From IMG/VR virus record IMGVR_UViG_3300036828_000389, positions 1-64,000 of that record: 64,000 bases of DNA; one strand, written 5' to 3'. Source of the DNA: a virus. The notes beneath the pieces were generated by a model, which did no database searches, was not told the origin of the DNA, and saw nothing but the letters and a program-made list of their open reading frames with translations. Positions within the stretch are counted from its first letter, which is position 1; each line of letters opens with the position of its first letter. A program made the position numbers and the translations under genes. Shown here in pieces: positions 62,435 through 64,000 of this stretch.

Positions 62435-64000
62435 GTGGCCTACGCCCTCGTCGGAACCATCGGTGCGGTATCGCAGGGGGCTGCATCCGCAGCTGTAACC
62501 GCGGCCTGGGGTACCAGCGAGAACCGCACTGCTAACAATCTGCTGACCTGTTCGGTATCGGGCACAGGCATCGCCACGCTGCCCACCACGCCCGCAGGCT
62601 GGTCGATAGGGGTCCAACGGGCTGGTACCAGCTGTAGCGTCACCGTCTACTACAAGGTGGCTGCTGGAGCGGACGCCGCCCCGACCATTGCTGCTGTTAC
62701 CAGCGCGGTGTGGGCGGTACAACTGGCCGAGTACTCCGGTGGTGCGGCCAGTCCGGCGGACCAGTCGGGTGGTAACAGCGCCACCACCAGCCCGCTGGTG
62801 GCAACCTGTGGTGCTGCGGATGCCGGAGCCGGGGACTTGGTCATTGGTTGCCAGGCTCTCCTCAACTCAGCGGCTCGTACCAACGCCACCTGGTCCCCGG
62901 CCTTCAACAACGGGGCCACAGCCACCAGCAACGTCAACAACGCCGCCACCTCCACCGCTAACCACTACGGGTTCGTCTACGGCACTACCACTGGTAACGC
63001 TGCCGCCGACACCCATACCCTGACCTTCACCACCACCAGCGTCACTGGCTGCGCGGTGGCCATGGCCAGCTTCAAGCTGACGCCTGTGCAGGCCGGTACG
63101 GCGACGCTGTCAGCTACAGCTGGTATGACGGTCGCTGGTACGAGCCCTCGTCCCTACCTGGTGGCTCAGGGCCCGATCAATCAGGGTACGGGGACACTCG
63201 CTCCGACCTTCGGGCAGCCCACCACCGCAGGCAACCTGCTGGTGTGCCTGATCTCTGAAAACGCCAACTCGCCCATTGTCACCAACCCCAATGGTGCCTG
63301 GGTGCTGGCAGGTAGACAGGCTCAGAACTACGGCATCATCTACTACCGGCCGAACTGTCTGGCCAGTGAGTCGCCGCCCACCTTCACTGATGGTTCATGT
63401 GGTGGCCAGGGCACAGCCATATTGCTGGAGTTCGGGAACGTAGCTACCAGTAGTCCTCTTGACTTGACTACTAACACTCAAGGCTCATCAAACCCCTACA
63501 CCCTTACCCAGGGGGCTCCTAGCGCAGCCCCAGGTGAGCTTCTAATAGCTGTCGCTGGTGCTAGTGCTTCCGAAGCCTCAGGCAGCCTTACGTTCAACAA
63601 CGCCACGGCTGTCAACATCGCCAGCAATACGGCTCACGTAGTGAACTACCAGATGGTCTACGGCATTGGCACCACTAACGCCACCGCAGACTCGACCACG
63701 GTCACCTACTCCGCTACCCCTGGGGTGTATGGAGCCGTTTTCGTTTCGTTCAAAGGGACCGGCCCGTCCACAATTGTAGGTGCAGTTGCACTACACGCTA
63801 CTGCTGGGATGACGGCGATTGCCACGACGGTGTCCGGCTCAGCATCGTTCAGCACTCTGGCGGATGACTTCAACTCCGGATCAATCAACAGCACCACCTG
63901 GACGAACGGATCACCTAGCCAGATCAGCGTGGTGGCTGGGCAACTTCAGGTAGCCACTGTGACGGCGGCGCAAGAGAACCAGTTATATACGAACAGTTTC
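62435..64000 (+). CDS. large Ala/Thr/Gly-rich beta-domain virion protein, partial (not in ORF track)
   Basis: Frame open from GTG 62435 to the window end (522 codons): MAYALVGTIGAVSQG...; two similar ~210-aa units, then FSTLADDFN. Confidence 0.8.
   Translation, partial: MAYALVGTIGAVSQGAASAAVTAAWGTSENRTANNLLTCSVSGTGIATLPTTPAGWSIGVQRAGTSCSVTVYYKVAAGADAAPTIAAVTSAVWAVQLAEYSGGAASPADQSGGNSATTSPLVATCGAADAGAGDLVIGCQALLNSAARTNATWSPAFNNGATATSNVNNAATSTANHYGFVYGTTTGNAAADTHTLTFTTTSVTGCAVAMASFKLTPVQAGTATLSATAGMTVAGTSPRPYLVAQGPINQGTGTLAPTFGQPTTAGNLLVCLISENANSPIVTNPNGAWVLAGRQAQNYGIIYYRPNCLASESPPTFTDGSCGGQGTAILLEFGNVATSSPLDLTTNTQGSSNPYTLTQGAPSAAPGELLIAVAGASASEASGSLTFNNATAVNIASNTAHVVNYQMVYGIGTTNATADSTTVTYSATPGVYGAVFVSFKGTGPSTIVGAVALHATAGMTAIATTVSGSASFSTLADDFNSGSINSTTWTNGSPSQISVVAGQLQVATVTAAQENQLYTNSF

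Overview
A 64-kb, GC-rich segment of a large tailed dsDNA phage, most likely an actinobacteriophage (two WhiB genes, leaderless sigma-A-type promoters). Baseplate J, gp25-like and P2 gpI-like genes suggest a contractile tail; the sheath gene is not in the window. Layout: (1) 1-21.7 kb accessory/early region of small genes, diverging at ~5.5 kb. Its left part is built from cassettes headed by seven copies of one conserved promoter, several closed by similar GC hairpins. It encodes a SNF2 ATPase with a separately encoded HARP-like partner, a PAPS-reductase-like enzyme, a VWA protein, and a Gly-Gly-terminated protein coupled to a Cys/His/Asp partner. (2) 21.9-33.3 kb minus-strand baseplate/fibre genes and Gly/Pro-rich proteins. 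(3) 33.3-52.9 kb minus-strand replication/recombination cluster: RuvC-like, Acb2/Tad1-like, UvsY-like, Cas4-like, WhiB, resolvase-like, RecA, family A polymerase, SSB, SNF2, primase, DnaB, DnaC-like, WhiB. It includes three unrelated small proteins sharing a 27-aa C-terminal tag. (4) 53.1-64 kb plus-strand packaging/head cluster: terminase, glycosylase-like protein, portal, scaffold, major capsid, and a large beta-rich protein running off the end. No tRNA, rRNA, CRISPR array, integrase or reverse transcriptase was seen. All family calls come from motifs recognised by eye, not database searches. Many starts were moved from the ORF track to fit SD, promoter or overlap evidence.
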